64,000 nucleotides of DNA from Dimorphilus gyrociliatus (Eukaryota > Animalia > Annelida): assembly GCA_904063045.1 (NCBI GenBank), contig CAJFCJ010000030.1, positions 62,001 to 126,000 on the forward strand, written 5' to 3'. Numbering within the stretch: the first letter of the stretch is position 1; the number at the start of each line of letters is the position of its first letter. The position numbers were made by a program, and so were the translations under genes. The notes below the pieces were generated by a model that ran no database searches, was not told the origin of the DNA, and saw only the letters and a program-made list of their open reading frames with translations. Shown piece by piece: positions 40,476-52,408 of the stretch.

Positions 40476-42485
40476 TTATGAAGTATTCTTCTGAGGACAG
40501 AGAAGGAATAACTTTTGTAGAAAGATTGTAAGATTAGCTAAGGAAATGGGAAAAAAGCTATTAATCTTCGTACAGAATAGAATCTTTGGAAAAACAAATT
40601 TACTCATGTAAACTTTATAAATCTTGGGTTTTTTCTCCCACATAACTCCAATAATGTACGCCGGTACAGCAAGCGCCAATACTATAATGCTTACCAAAAC
40701 TGTATCGGGTTTAACTATTATAGGAACGAAAATTAGAAACACGCAAATGATAAGGAAAATTATTGGAATTATAATGGGAACCTGAAAATAGAGGATTATT
40801 TTGATTATACAATATATATACTGTATACAGTGTATATATTTAAAGTATTTACTTTGATAGGTCTAGGTGCATCGGGCATCTTTCTCCGAAGGAAAAACAA
40901 TGCAAGAGTTGTGGCAAAGAAGGCTACACTATCGATAAATATTACGTAATTAATCAATTTAAAGATGTCACCAGCAAATAACATGATAATTGATAACAGT
41001 CCCTGCAAAAGTAATATTATTTATCGTTATATAGTCTTTGTTCAAAGCAAATGTCGTTTACCTGCAGTGTTACTGCTGGTAAAGGCGTTCTTCTCTTGTC
41101 ATGTAGACAGGAAACAATATTAGGTAGTAAACCATCCCTAGCTCCAACGAAGTACACTCTGATATAATCAATATTTAAATATGTTATCGTGATTAAGTTG
41201 TTAAGGAATATTGTTACCTTGAAGATGCTAATATCAAACCATTAAGACTGCCAAAAACAGAACAGGCAACCGCAATTGATATTAGAAGTTTTGCCTTCGG
41301 TAGTAACTTTTCCATAAATGACTTTTTGTGTAAAAAAAAGTCCATTAATTTATTAAAAGCAATTATTGTATAAGATGTAGTATTTACCATAGCAACAGCG
41401 TCTGATTTTAGAAGTTCATCCGCACTAAGTACCGAAAAGTAGGATATATTTGTTAATATATATATAGCTGTAACCATAGTTAACCCAATGACGATTGCCT
41501 TAGGCAAATTCCTAAGATATAGAAAATTGAAAAATTGAAAAAGGAATAATGAAATACTATCTATATGCAGTATAATATATACAAAAAAACTACTTTTCTG
41601 GCTTTTCCATTTCCTCGGTAAGAAAGTTCAAAGTATACCATCCACCATAAGAAAACATACCTACATAAAGAGCTAATGCAATTTCGCTTGGACTAGTCGT
41701 ACTCTTGGCAAATCCATTTTGTAGATTTTCCGTATGTCCAAAACATAAATTAACTAAACCTCCAATGAAAATGCACGCCAGTGATAAAAGTTTTAGTATA
41801 GAGAAAAAGTTTTGAATTCTAGTCGCGTATTCAACTTTTAATGAATTGATTACTACTAATAAAGCTATTGCACATGCAGCTACTAGTTTGGGTGGTAAGT
41901 CGGGTACTTGACAATCAGAGAAAATTGGTTGTAGAATGTATTGTCCACAAAGTTGTCCTATAATAGCAGTTGTCGTTGGCAAAATAATTACTAATGTTGC
42001 CCACAAGTAAATAAAAGCGATCAAATTTCCAAATGCTAGAGAATAGAGAGAGAGAAAAACGACTATTGTTGTTATACGAAAGAATATTATGTATAGAAAA
42101 CTAACCTGCTTGTATATAAGCAAACATTCCACCACTTTTATGAATAAGTGTACCTAATTCGGCAAAAGTTAGGGCGCCGAGCATTGAAATAACTCCACAT
42201 AGTGCCCAAAAAATTAGGGATAGTCCAACCGATCCTGGTAAATGATAAGTTAACAATTAACAATTTAAAATGCTTGTTCCTTAGAAATTAGCTTTCCTAC
42301 CAGAATGCAATAATACTCCTTTAGGAGAAATGAAGATTCCACTACCAACAATATTACCAAAAACCACGGCAATACCTATTCAAATTAGCAAGTTCATCTA
42401 GCTTAATCACAGTTAATGAATGTTAAAACTTACCAGACCAGAGATTGATCACTTTTTTTAAGCTGTTTTCTTCCTGATTACTCAT
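40476..42485 (-). CDS. SLC7 light-chain amino acid transporter (LAT1/LAT2/y+LAT-like); multi-exon
   Basis: [95 protein letters not shown]. Confidence 0.93.
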
Positions 42486-43198
42486 TTTTACTGAGGATCG
42501 AAGTGGGATAGTGTGTGAAAAGATGTTATATAAAGTTTAATACATATTCGCCTGTTTAGATTGTATTTTATTGTAAAGCTATATAAAAAAATTGGGACAA
42601 AGAAAAACTCAAATTTCAATAGCAAATATTCGTAAACCTGATATATACTGTAGTTTCTTCGATTGTTTTCTCCGTTTTAATGAGGACGCCAAGAATTCAA
42701 CCTTTCAATTTGTCATTTTCTAGTATTCTGTCGATGGATGGAGATCTTCTTTTAAAATGTCTATATACATTTTAATACTTATATTTTATGCACATTGTAT
42801 ATAAGCATAATATATACATACTGTATATTCAGTACATATGCATACATATTACATTTGTATATACTTGCAATAAATAAACATAATACATGCACATATGCAT
42901 GTAATACATAAATATGTATATTAATATTAATATATAGCTATGTAATTATTTGAAGATATTAAATGTACGAGGTTTTCAAACATGTGTTACCTTAATCTAA
43001 CTTAACAGGTTGAAAATACCTTTTAGTTTCAATTAAGGTAAGGACACTTATCTTTTACTGCTGTTACTTTTAAAGGTATAGAAGTGTTTTAATTGGTCAT
43101 TAAACGATAATAAAAATTTAAATAATTCACTATTTGAATATTTATTAGCCTTTCGTCAAATAAAAATATTTAATTTGTATTGAATTTAAAGCGCTATT

Positions 43199-45516
43199 TT
43201 AATTTGTTAATGCTTTCCAAACGTATTTTGGGTTACTTGTGTGAGCAAAAGTCATTATTGGAGGTTCAATCAGTTGCCATTTATCAACAATATTTAAATC
43301 TTGTTGACAAACGGCAACAGAACAGTAAGGTATCTTGGTTAGGACTTCATGCATTTCCGATTGGGTTCTTGGAGGTCGTCCTACTAACTGCCTTGTACAG
43401 CTGTCTAAGGATGGCGCATGAGCCACTACAAGGACATTACCACCTTTATCTTCTGTTTCAGATAAAATTTTTTTAATGATTGAATAACTTCTTTTGTAAA
43501 AGGTGTCTATTGTTTCGTTCGTATTCAATTTAATTTTTGCTGGGACGTATTCTAGATTTGCTTTATAACCAGCTTTTCTTAGTTCGTTACTATTCATCCA
43601 AACTGGTGATGTACTCGGGTACCAACCCATATATTCAAATAAAGCAGGTTCAATATTTAGCAGTTTATCCTCGAGATTCAATGCCTCCAATAAACACGCA
43701 GCCGTTTGAACACACCTAAGAGATGGCGAAACGTACACATGATCAATGCTAATCGACATATCTTTGAGGGCTTCGCCAAGAATTCTACTCTGGAATGTGC
43801 CTTGTATTGTCAAAGGAGCATCATGTTGAAAATCCTGAGGTGCTCTCTTCGGCAAACTTCGTGGCATATTGAGATCATGTCTGATATAATTTCCGGATGC
43901 ATCAAAGGAAACATCTATCCATTCTTTACCAAATGTAAAATCGATTCTCTCTCCATGTCTTACTATGTACAATTGCCTAGGTCCTTGAGAAGAAGTTTTT
44001 AGAGGTAATGGTTCAAAGTTGTTGAAAACAGCCGCTTTTCCATCTACAGGTTTCAATAAATGTGGTGATGGAATCCTCTCAGTTGGTTCATTAAGAGATA
44101 GCGTACTCCGCTTAACCTTTATTAACATCAAATGGATATCTTAAAATACACAAATAACTTTGTTATTTATTTATGACTAACCCTCTCATACAAAGAGCTC
44201 GTTTCATCCCAGTTTGCAATATCTTGTTGATCATCGACTCTTTTCCACTCTCCACTGGATCCGATTATAGGATACGATCTGTGCATTGTCCAAGTTTCAC
44301 TAGCAGCTGTTTTTTCTGTAAAGTTTCCGGGAAAGAGACCAGAACAACCGGTCAACCAAGATGTTCCTTCGTACCATTCATCGAGATTATCATCGACAGC
44401 CTTATCGGCCTGCAAGCTGAGAAAGTCACCTTCTATTAATTGAAGCTCATCGTTTTCCCGAGGAAAGTGTGGATGAATAACTCTTCTCAATTGCTGTTAA
44501 TCATATAATTCAATAGAAATTATAAATCTTAAATATCTCATTCAAGATTAGAAAAAAAGAAGAGTTAAAAAGATTAAGTACCGAGCAATGGGCTATTCTT
44601 GAATCCCTTGAATATAATCTAATATCCCAGCGACACGGAGCATCAAGTTCTATAGATCTTGCAAGATATTCTAGTCTTTCAATCTTTTCAGGCTATGCGA
44701 TTATAAAACAGAAAACTTTATATTAAACAGCTTTAATACTTTGGTTACTAATTACCATAAATTGATATGCTAAAGATAAATGTAGATCTTTTTTCTTTCG
44801 TATCTGAACACCGAAAGAAGCTGCTTTTTTTTCAAACTGAGACATAACTTGAACCAATCCATCAATAGCTTTATCATCGATAAATAGACCTATAAAATTA
44901 CAACTGGAAAAGTAATCTAACTTAATTTCTGTGACGTCTTTATTTAGCGATTCCGCCGAAACTCTTAGAGCTGCGTGTAGTTTAGCGACTTGATGGTTTT
45001 CCGCTTTAAAGAAACTACAAAGCGTAACGTGAGGAAAGTAATTATGAGATGCCATCCAGCCACACTGCTTGCTTTTCCTCCACATATCGAGTAATTGCTT
45101 TTGAAGTTCACCAACTGGACAAAGATAAACAATGTACTCCCTTGGGCTATCATCATCAAGCAATGGATCGTGGACGTGTGACAATAACCAATCTGAAGCC
45201 AATTGCACTCCTTTGTCTCCAGTTGCCGCCAAAGCCTTTTGTCTAATAAAAGTATTAAAAAATTACAAATAAATAGCAGAAAGAATTTTATGATTCGAAA
45301 TATAAGAACCGGACGAATACAGGAACTTCAATAGTATTAGTCTAGTACTTACGCTCTTTGTTTTGAAAACCCCATGGAAAGCATCTGCTCAAGAGAAGAA
45401 CGGCTTCGTTGAATTGTTGTTTCATTGTACGATCTTTGCTTTTTCGGGGGTAAAATAGCCGAATCTATTTCCATCCCAACAATTCCCGCCGCCTCCATTG
45501 CTACACACCCATTCAT
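43199..45516 (-). CDS. UBASH3: UBASH3/Sts-family protein (UBA, 2H-phosphoesterase, SH3, histidine phosphatase); multi-exon
   Basis: UBA LEQMLSMGFSKQRAQKALAATG..ASDWLLSHV, 2H domain PHVTL and HLSL, SH3 ELQLIEGD..WYEG..GLFPGNF, phosphatase IVRHGER and VAHA. The start Met could be 45516 or 45498. Confidence 0.93.
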
Positions 45517-46233
45517 CAGCACTGCAATAGCAACAGAAATTAGTCCCACCTTATAATACATATAAAATGCATCTGTATTTTTATCCACTCTTTATTCTAG
45601 TAGTATTTCTAATGAATAGAAAACTACAAAAAGTTAAATTTACAATATATATATATAAATGAAAATTCTATATACTGTGTCTTTATTGATAAGTTTAATT
45701 GGAACAAGGATATCGGTTAGAATAGAGAAGTAAAATAGCCTTTCATTTTTTCAAACAATAGCAGAAAATATCGATAAATCTAGTGTGTTCAAAGACAATA
45801 TTTTTTTCTTTATGGAACGAGTTTACTTGTTATTTTATGTTACTGTTTATTTTGGATCTCTTTCTCTCTCCTTCTCTCTCTCTCTCTCTTCTCTTATCCA
45901 GATGTTACAAATAAATAGCATATAACGAATTCTATGGAAATGTGTTTTCTTTTAAATTACGAATTCTTTCAGATCTTCTTCAAAGAGTTCCACTTTGAAA
46001 AGATTACATAATAACTTAATTAATACAACACTACAATGTAACGAATTGGATACTATGATTTATCTGTATTTTGTTAAGATTGATAGGAGAAGAGCAATCA
46101 TATCAATATTCATTAGTCTTATTTTCATTTAAATACAATCATTCCTCTGCTAAAGTATGTAAATAGCTTCAACCTATATTATATGATAGTTGACTAATTT
46201 CTTTATTCACAAAAACAAGTAACAAAGAGCATT

Positions 46234-48022
46234 ATGTTTGATAGAAAGAACTTAATAATCGTTTTCTTTTGCAGCATCGAACTTTTACTCTTTGGTGGGG
46301 TAATTTTTGGCTGGAATTCTCTAGTATATATATTTAAAAAGGAAGGTGTTTTGGCCGGAAATTGCAAAAATTCCACCCATTCTTTCTCTAATTCAACGAT
46401 AGCTAATTGCGATAATCAGGAAGAGAAGTTTGCTTTCATATTTACACTTTCAGTATGCTTAGGAGGGGTTTCCGGAATACTTGCAGGTTCACTATATGAT
46501 AAGTATGGTCTCTTTGTTGTTGGCTCTATTTACAAGTTAATAAAAAATTATTAATAATTATAAAACTTAAACGAAACCTGACTTATAGTAAAATCTAATT
46601 TTAGAGTATTGTTCCTAATTGGTTATTTGATTTTGTTAATAGCTGATAAAGGTAAATATCTGAAGAAACAACTTTAAAACACTTAAAAAGAGCTTTTATT
46701 CACTTTATTATAATATAGATATATCTTTTCCTCTATTAACATTGGCTATGGTCTCGATTTCTGTGGGGGGTTGGTTCTCTCAATGTGCACATTATCCATT
46801 AGCGGACTTAATACCTGAGAGAAAATCAATGATTCTTTCATTCTACGGTGGACTTTTTAACAGTTCAATGGGAATTTTTGAAATAGCTAAGGTAATATCT
46901 TTACATATAACACAAATTTTAAACCGAGGCTTTACACATAAAATAGGTTATATTCGAATTGGGATATCCATTGAAGTACTACATTGTGTTTATGATTGTA
47001 CTATTAGTTCCTAGCTCCATTATGTCAATTGCGATACTTCCATACAAAAGAGTATACAAAGGGAGACCCGTTGAGACACTCATAAAGAGAATAACGAATA
47101 ATACATTAACAAGTGGAGTTCTAACAGCGAATCGATTAAATCAATTGAATGCTAAAGTACGTGAGAATACATTAGAAAAAGACAATGCTATAATAAACAA
47201 CAATAGTAATAATCAAAAAGGTGAATTAAAAAACATTGTACGTAGTTTATTTATGTGTTTACATTTATTGTACTCCTGTTTGATTCACACACGACTTGTG
47301 TATTTTGTTATGAGGCTAAACAGCCAATTGAATAGCTTAAGTAAAAATGAGGAAAATATTGTGTCACATCACACAACTATATTTTCCATAATACAACTAT
47401 CCAGTTTTATTACTGCACCACTAGGCGGTTATATAATTGATAAATCGAGAGGTATGTTAAACATTTTTGTTTGGTACGTAACACTCTTTACATTCCTTCT
47501 TTCATAATTTTAGGATCCATTACCTCATTGGGATTTCTGCAAATTGGCTGTTGCAGTTCAAGTATTCTTCTTACAATTTGTCTGATAACAAGATCTTTAA
47601 TATCCAATTACTTTGCGTATATTTTTTATATTATTTCAAGAAATTTTTTGTACCCAATCGTACCAGTGGTTATTAGTGAAATGTATATTTATTATCTAAT
47701 TTATTTTTAAAATATGAAAGTATTAACTATTTCATTTCGAACAGATTTCCTACTAAATACTTCGGGCTACTTGTAGGACTTACACAAGCAACTGTTGCTC
47801 TCTTCGGTCTATCTCAATTGGGTCTTTTCACAATTGAAGACAAATTTTTACAATCGACACTGAAGGTTTGTATTTGTTTTTTTTTTCTACAAATTTTATT
47901 TGACATATATATATATATATACTGTATACATCTTGTAGATGCAATTACTGATTCTTGGTATTCAAGTTTTCGCTTATATTCATCCAGTGTATATGATGGT
48001 TAAGAAACCAAAATTTAAATAA
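46234..48022 (+). CDS. SLC43-family (LAT3/LAT4/SLC43A3-like) MFS-fold transporter; multi-exon
   Basis: IELLLFGGVIFGWNSLVYIFKKEG, FAFIF, GSLYDKYG, ILSFYGGLFNSS, FSIIQLSSFITAPLGGYIID, FPTKYFGLLVG. Last exon ends HPVYMMVKKPKFK-stop at 48020-48022. Confidence 0.82.
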
Positions 48023-48301
48023 ATAATAACTATTTTTTCTATGTTTTAATGTGTTTTACATAAAATTTATCTACAATATTTTATTTTAAAGTTTTATATT
48101 TAACATTTACATCTCACAATAATAATATACTTCAATAAAGCCTATTTTACACATTTTAGTTTTTTTAGAAACTTCAACAACTGAGACTTTAACCTTATAC
48201 ATTAAAAATGAATGTTACTAACAAATTCTAATAACCGCCATAACTTTTTCCCGCTAAATAAATGCGAGAGTTGCCGGTCTGACGAATCTATTCTTTCAAA
48301 G

Positions 48302-51300
48302 ATGGCGAGCGAAAAACAAAATGATAATGAAAGTAGAATTGTGTTTCTCACTTATACAGAACTAGTGGATTATTCAAATCATTTCGCAAACAATATGGAA
48401 AATGAAAAAGGTGCTTTTCGCATTTATATAGTGTTTAAAAAATCGCTGTGACCTGAATAATTTTGAATAATGTTGAAATTCTATATTATCGCTCTTTTGC
48501 TTAGATAACTTTCCTGTTCAATTTTGTTTTTATTTAATAAGGGACTTATTTTATATTTTTAGATTCTAAACGACAAAGTTCGAAAGAACCTAAAGGTATA
48601 TTTTGGAATAAATATGTATATCACTTTTAATAAATATTTTATTATAGGCAAAAAGACTGACCAGGAATATTACGTTCCACCATCTCGAAAATCAGAAGCT
48701 GGATCTCGAAGAAATCCTTCATGTAAAACAGATGAAGGATCAAGCAAATCTAAAAGTACAAATAGGTCTAAAGTTTCCAGAGGAAGAGGTTCTAAAATGA
48801 AGAAGGGAGAATCTCCTATAGACATTCACGAAGTTGATGGCCGACTGCAAACTTTGACATTTAGTAACTCGAAATATTCAGAATCTAAAGAATCTAGAAA
48901 AAGCGCTGAGTCAAAGAGAAATAATCCTGATCGTGAGCACGATCGCAGGCGAACTAATAAGAATAGAGGAGGATTGTTATCTCTTCAAAAGTCTAATAAA
49001 TCACAAAATTTAAGTGAATCGCATAGAAGAAGTTTGGAAAGGGCAATCAGGAGTGACCCTAGTAGAGTTTTGGATGACCCTGACTTAATACCCGCATCCA
49101 AATTAAAATCATCTTATGGTGGTAACTCGATGGAATCTAAAACACTCCCAAACTTTTATCCGCTATCAATAAAGAATGAAAATGTAAATGTTGAAGGATA
49201 CACATCGTTCGAGGATTACATGCAGGATATCCTTGGTGAGGATATTGAAAGCTCTTGTTTCTTTTCATTTTGGAAGGATGATGTAGATACTATATTACAG
49301 TTAGTAGCATTTGCCTAGAATAAAGGGTTATGAAAAAGTAACTTGTCATTTTCTTACAATTAGATATGCGTCAAAAGAGAGTCGAACTCAAGCTAGTCAA
49401 GCTGCTGTAAAATATACTAAAGAACTGCAAAATTATAGAAGTTTCAACCCTGAAAGTTTTCGTCAAACTTGGACGTTGAGAGTTCGACAAGTGACGTGTT
49501 ATGCCTTTTTAGTGGCATGTTTTCCCAATTATGCATATACTGAGTCTATAGATCAATTTCTTTTCCTTGAAGTTTTCTATAAAAAGGTCAAAGAGATGGA
49601 AAAATGTGGAGCCAGATTAGAACATGACGTTCTGACTTTGACTGGTGTTTACACATACAGGAATATTATCACCAAATTTAAGGAACTTTTTAAGGAAAAG
49701 CTACCGAGTTCAACCAACTTAAGTGGTCTACTGCATCGACTTTATATATCTCAAGGAGATTTAGAGCGCTACTTGCAAACCTTTTCCAATGCTAAAGACT
49801 TTTCTCATGCAATTAAGTCGTATGAAGCTGCTTGCAGTGTTCTCAAGCATAGTGGTAAACCTCATCATCAATTAGCCGTAATTTCCCTTCAAAAGGTACT
49901 AGCTACAATTAAATTAGATAGTTTTATACAAGTCTGTTTTTAGCATTTATAATAACCTGAAAAGTCTTTCAGAATAACGAATTGTTGACAATGTTTTACT
50001 ACATAAGAGCTCTTGCCATAAGACATCCATTCCCTACTGTCGAAGATAAAATAACTCATATGTTTCATTCGATAGATGGGAAGATGGCAGCTTTTCGCAA
50101 ACTATGGACAAGCCAAAATATTAATTTAGACTCACCAGGGGTATGTTAAACAAAAACAACTCTTTCTTGCAAATAGTGTTCTTTTTTACAGAAACTAAGC
50201 AAGCTAGTAACTCTGAGGATCTTGTATATCTACAGCAGAATCTATAGTCGAACAAGCTTAGAAACGATTCCGACTCTTCATTCGAAGTTAATAAGTGACA
50301 TAAAAGATATGTTGGCTTTCCAGAAATTGAACGACGATCATTTTTTCACCAGAATTCTGGTGATAGAAACGTATTTAGTCAGTTATCTAATGCAGAAAAA
50401 AGATAATCAGCAACGAGTTTCTATGGTTTTAGCCGAAATCTTAGACATCCTTCAAGTTCTATGTGATTTTACATCTAAAATGCTAGAAAAAGGACCATCC
50501 AGAGAAAGTAAAAAGGATTATATCGTCAACAGACACTGCACACCCCTTCTCACAAGTATAAAATATCATTTTGATTGGATTATCTCTCTGCCTGATATAT
50601 GGAACTCGCCTAATTATCAATTAAATCTTCAGAAGTTTTGGGCAGCTTTGGCTACGTTTTTTAATAGTATTGAGAAAGTGAAAACGACATCCATTAAAAT
50701 TTTTCAAGCAAAATCGTCACCTGATAATTGTAAAGCTATAATTGAAAAGAGTGAGATTTTAGATGGATTTTCAATTTTTGTTCCAACACCTTTTGATGAT
50801 TGTTTCGTTGAGGAAAAAGTTAATGATGATGCTGCTTATCTTGTTTGTCTGATTAACTCTTTAAAACAGTATAGTTTTTATTTTTGTGGATTGGATCCTC
50901 CAGTGCTAACATACGATGCTGAAGGGTGTATTGTACCCGTTCAAGTAGTTGAACCAGAAGAAGACATAGCGGAAGAAAATGAAGAGAGTTCAAATGTAGA
51001 AGTTATTGTGGAAGAGGTAGAGGAGGAAGGATTCGAAGATTTGGAGAGAAGAGAAATTGCTGAAGAAAATATGTATGATGTGTCTCAGGAAATAAGAGAA
51101 CTAAGAGCAAGAAGGAGAGAAACTGCTCGACAGATACAATTACAAAAGAAGCTCAAGAAAGAAACGGCCGAATTTTTCGAAAGAGAAAGGGTCAATGATG
51201 TAAAGCTTCACGTTCAACCAAGAATTCTGATATTTGACACCAACTGCTATGTTCATTGTCTCAATAGAGTTAAGAAATTTATTGAGGATGAAAAGAAACG

Positions 51301-51790
51301 CTACACTATAGTTGTCCCACTTGTGATAATTCACGAATTAACTGTCCTATCAGCTAGGGGACCTGACAATAAAGCTGCTAAAGGAGCCATAATTACTCTA
51401 CAATACTTAAAAGAGACTATTTTCCATAAAAACACTAGGAGTAAATATACGCATGTATATGCTCTTACGGCTAGCGGTTCTCGTTTGGATAGATTGGACT
51501 TTTTGCATGACGTAAGCAGAGATGAGGTAAGCATATTTTATTTGATTGAGTAATACTGCATAAAAAATTTTATATACAAACTGTCTTTACTTTAGAAACA
51601 AAATGACGATACTATTCTGCAATGCTGTTTACACTACTGCTCTAAATCTGATGAAGTAACTGATGATAAACAAAATGGACCTCGTCACATACATAGAAAA
51701 GTGATACTGTTAACTGAGGATGTTAACTTAAGGCTCAAAGCAAAAGCTCTAAATATACCAGCAGAGCAAATTGCAAAATTCCTAAAATGA
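48302..51790 (+). CDS. SMG6: SMG6/EST1A NMD endonuclease (14-3-3-like/TPR domain plus PIN domain); about 7 exons
   Basis: TPR region ISQGDLERY..SGKPHHQLAVI..FYYIRAL. PIN domain ILIFDTN, VIIHEL, NDDTILQCCLH and VILLTEDVNLRLKA keeps the acidic catalytic positions of SMG6, which SMG5 lacks. Confidence 0.88.
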
Positions 51791-52408
51791 TCTCAGCTGT
51801 TACAGCAAATTTATGACCGTACTGTCCCATTGTCTTATTGATTTAATACAGCTTTCATCTTGAGAAGACATTTTTATTTCGTTTACTATGAAACACGTAA
51901 TATATGATAATTCCCTTTGCAACATAATAAGTAATGGTTTGCGTAGTAGTAATTTTGAAATTTCCCGCGTCTGCGTTTCGCACTATAATACTTCTATTAA
52001 AATCACAAAGGTATCAAACTACTCAAATTCTAATGATTGTGTATACAAATTTGATAAAAAAAATACTTTTTACGAAAATAGGAATGTGTACGCCATGTTT
52101 GTTTTCAACACTCTAACGAGGTATTTGAAATCATAGAATTATTGGAATTTCCTGTTTTCTATAGGATGTAGGTTACATTTTCTTAAACGATTATAGACAC
52201 TGAAGCATTATTTATAATCACTTATTTCAAAATTAATTTCACTTAATCAGCGATGTTTATTTCGTTTTAGCCGTGATTTATGCTCGGCTTCTTTTTTTTA
52301 CGAAGTAATGCTTTCATTAAATTTAATGATTTTATCTTGTTTGCGTTCTCAGTCTTATACGGGAAGGTATGATAAAGCTTCTGTCTTTCTCTGGAAAAAA
52401 ATACCATT

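Noticed and set aside
51791-52408. Operon or SL trans-splicing interpretation of SMG6-UPF2
   Set aside because: Nothing in the DNA shows a spliced leader or polycistronic processing, and 618 nt is enough room for a separate promoter (E2F-like TTTCCCGC at 51961-51968).
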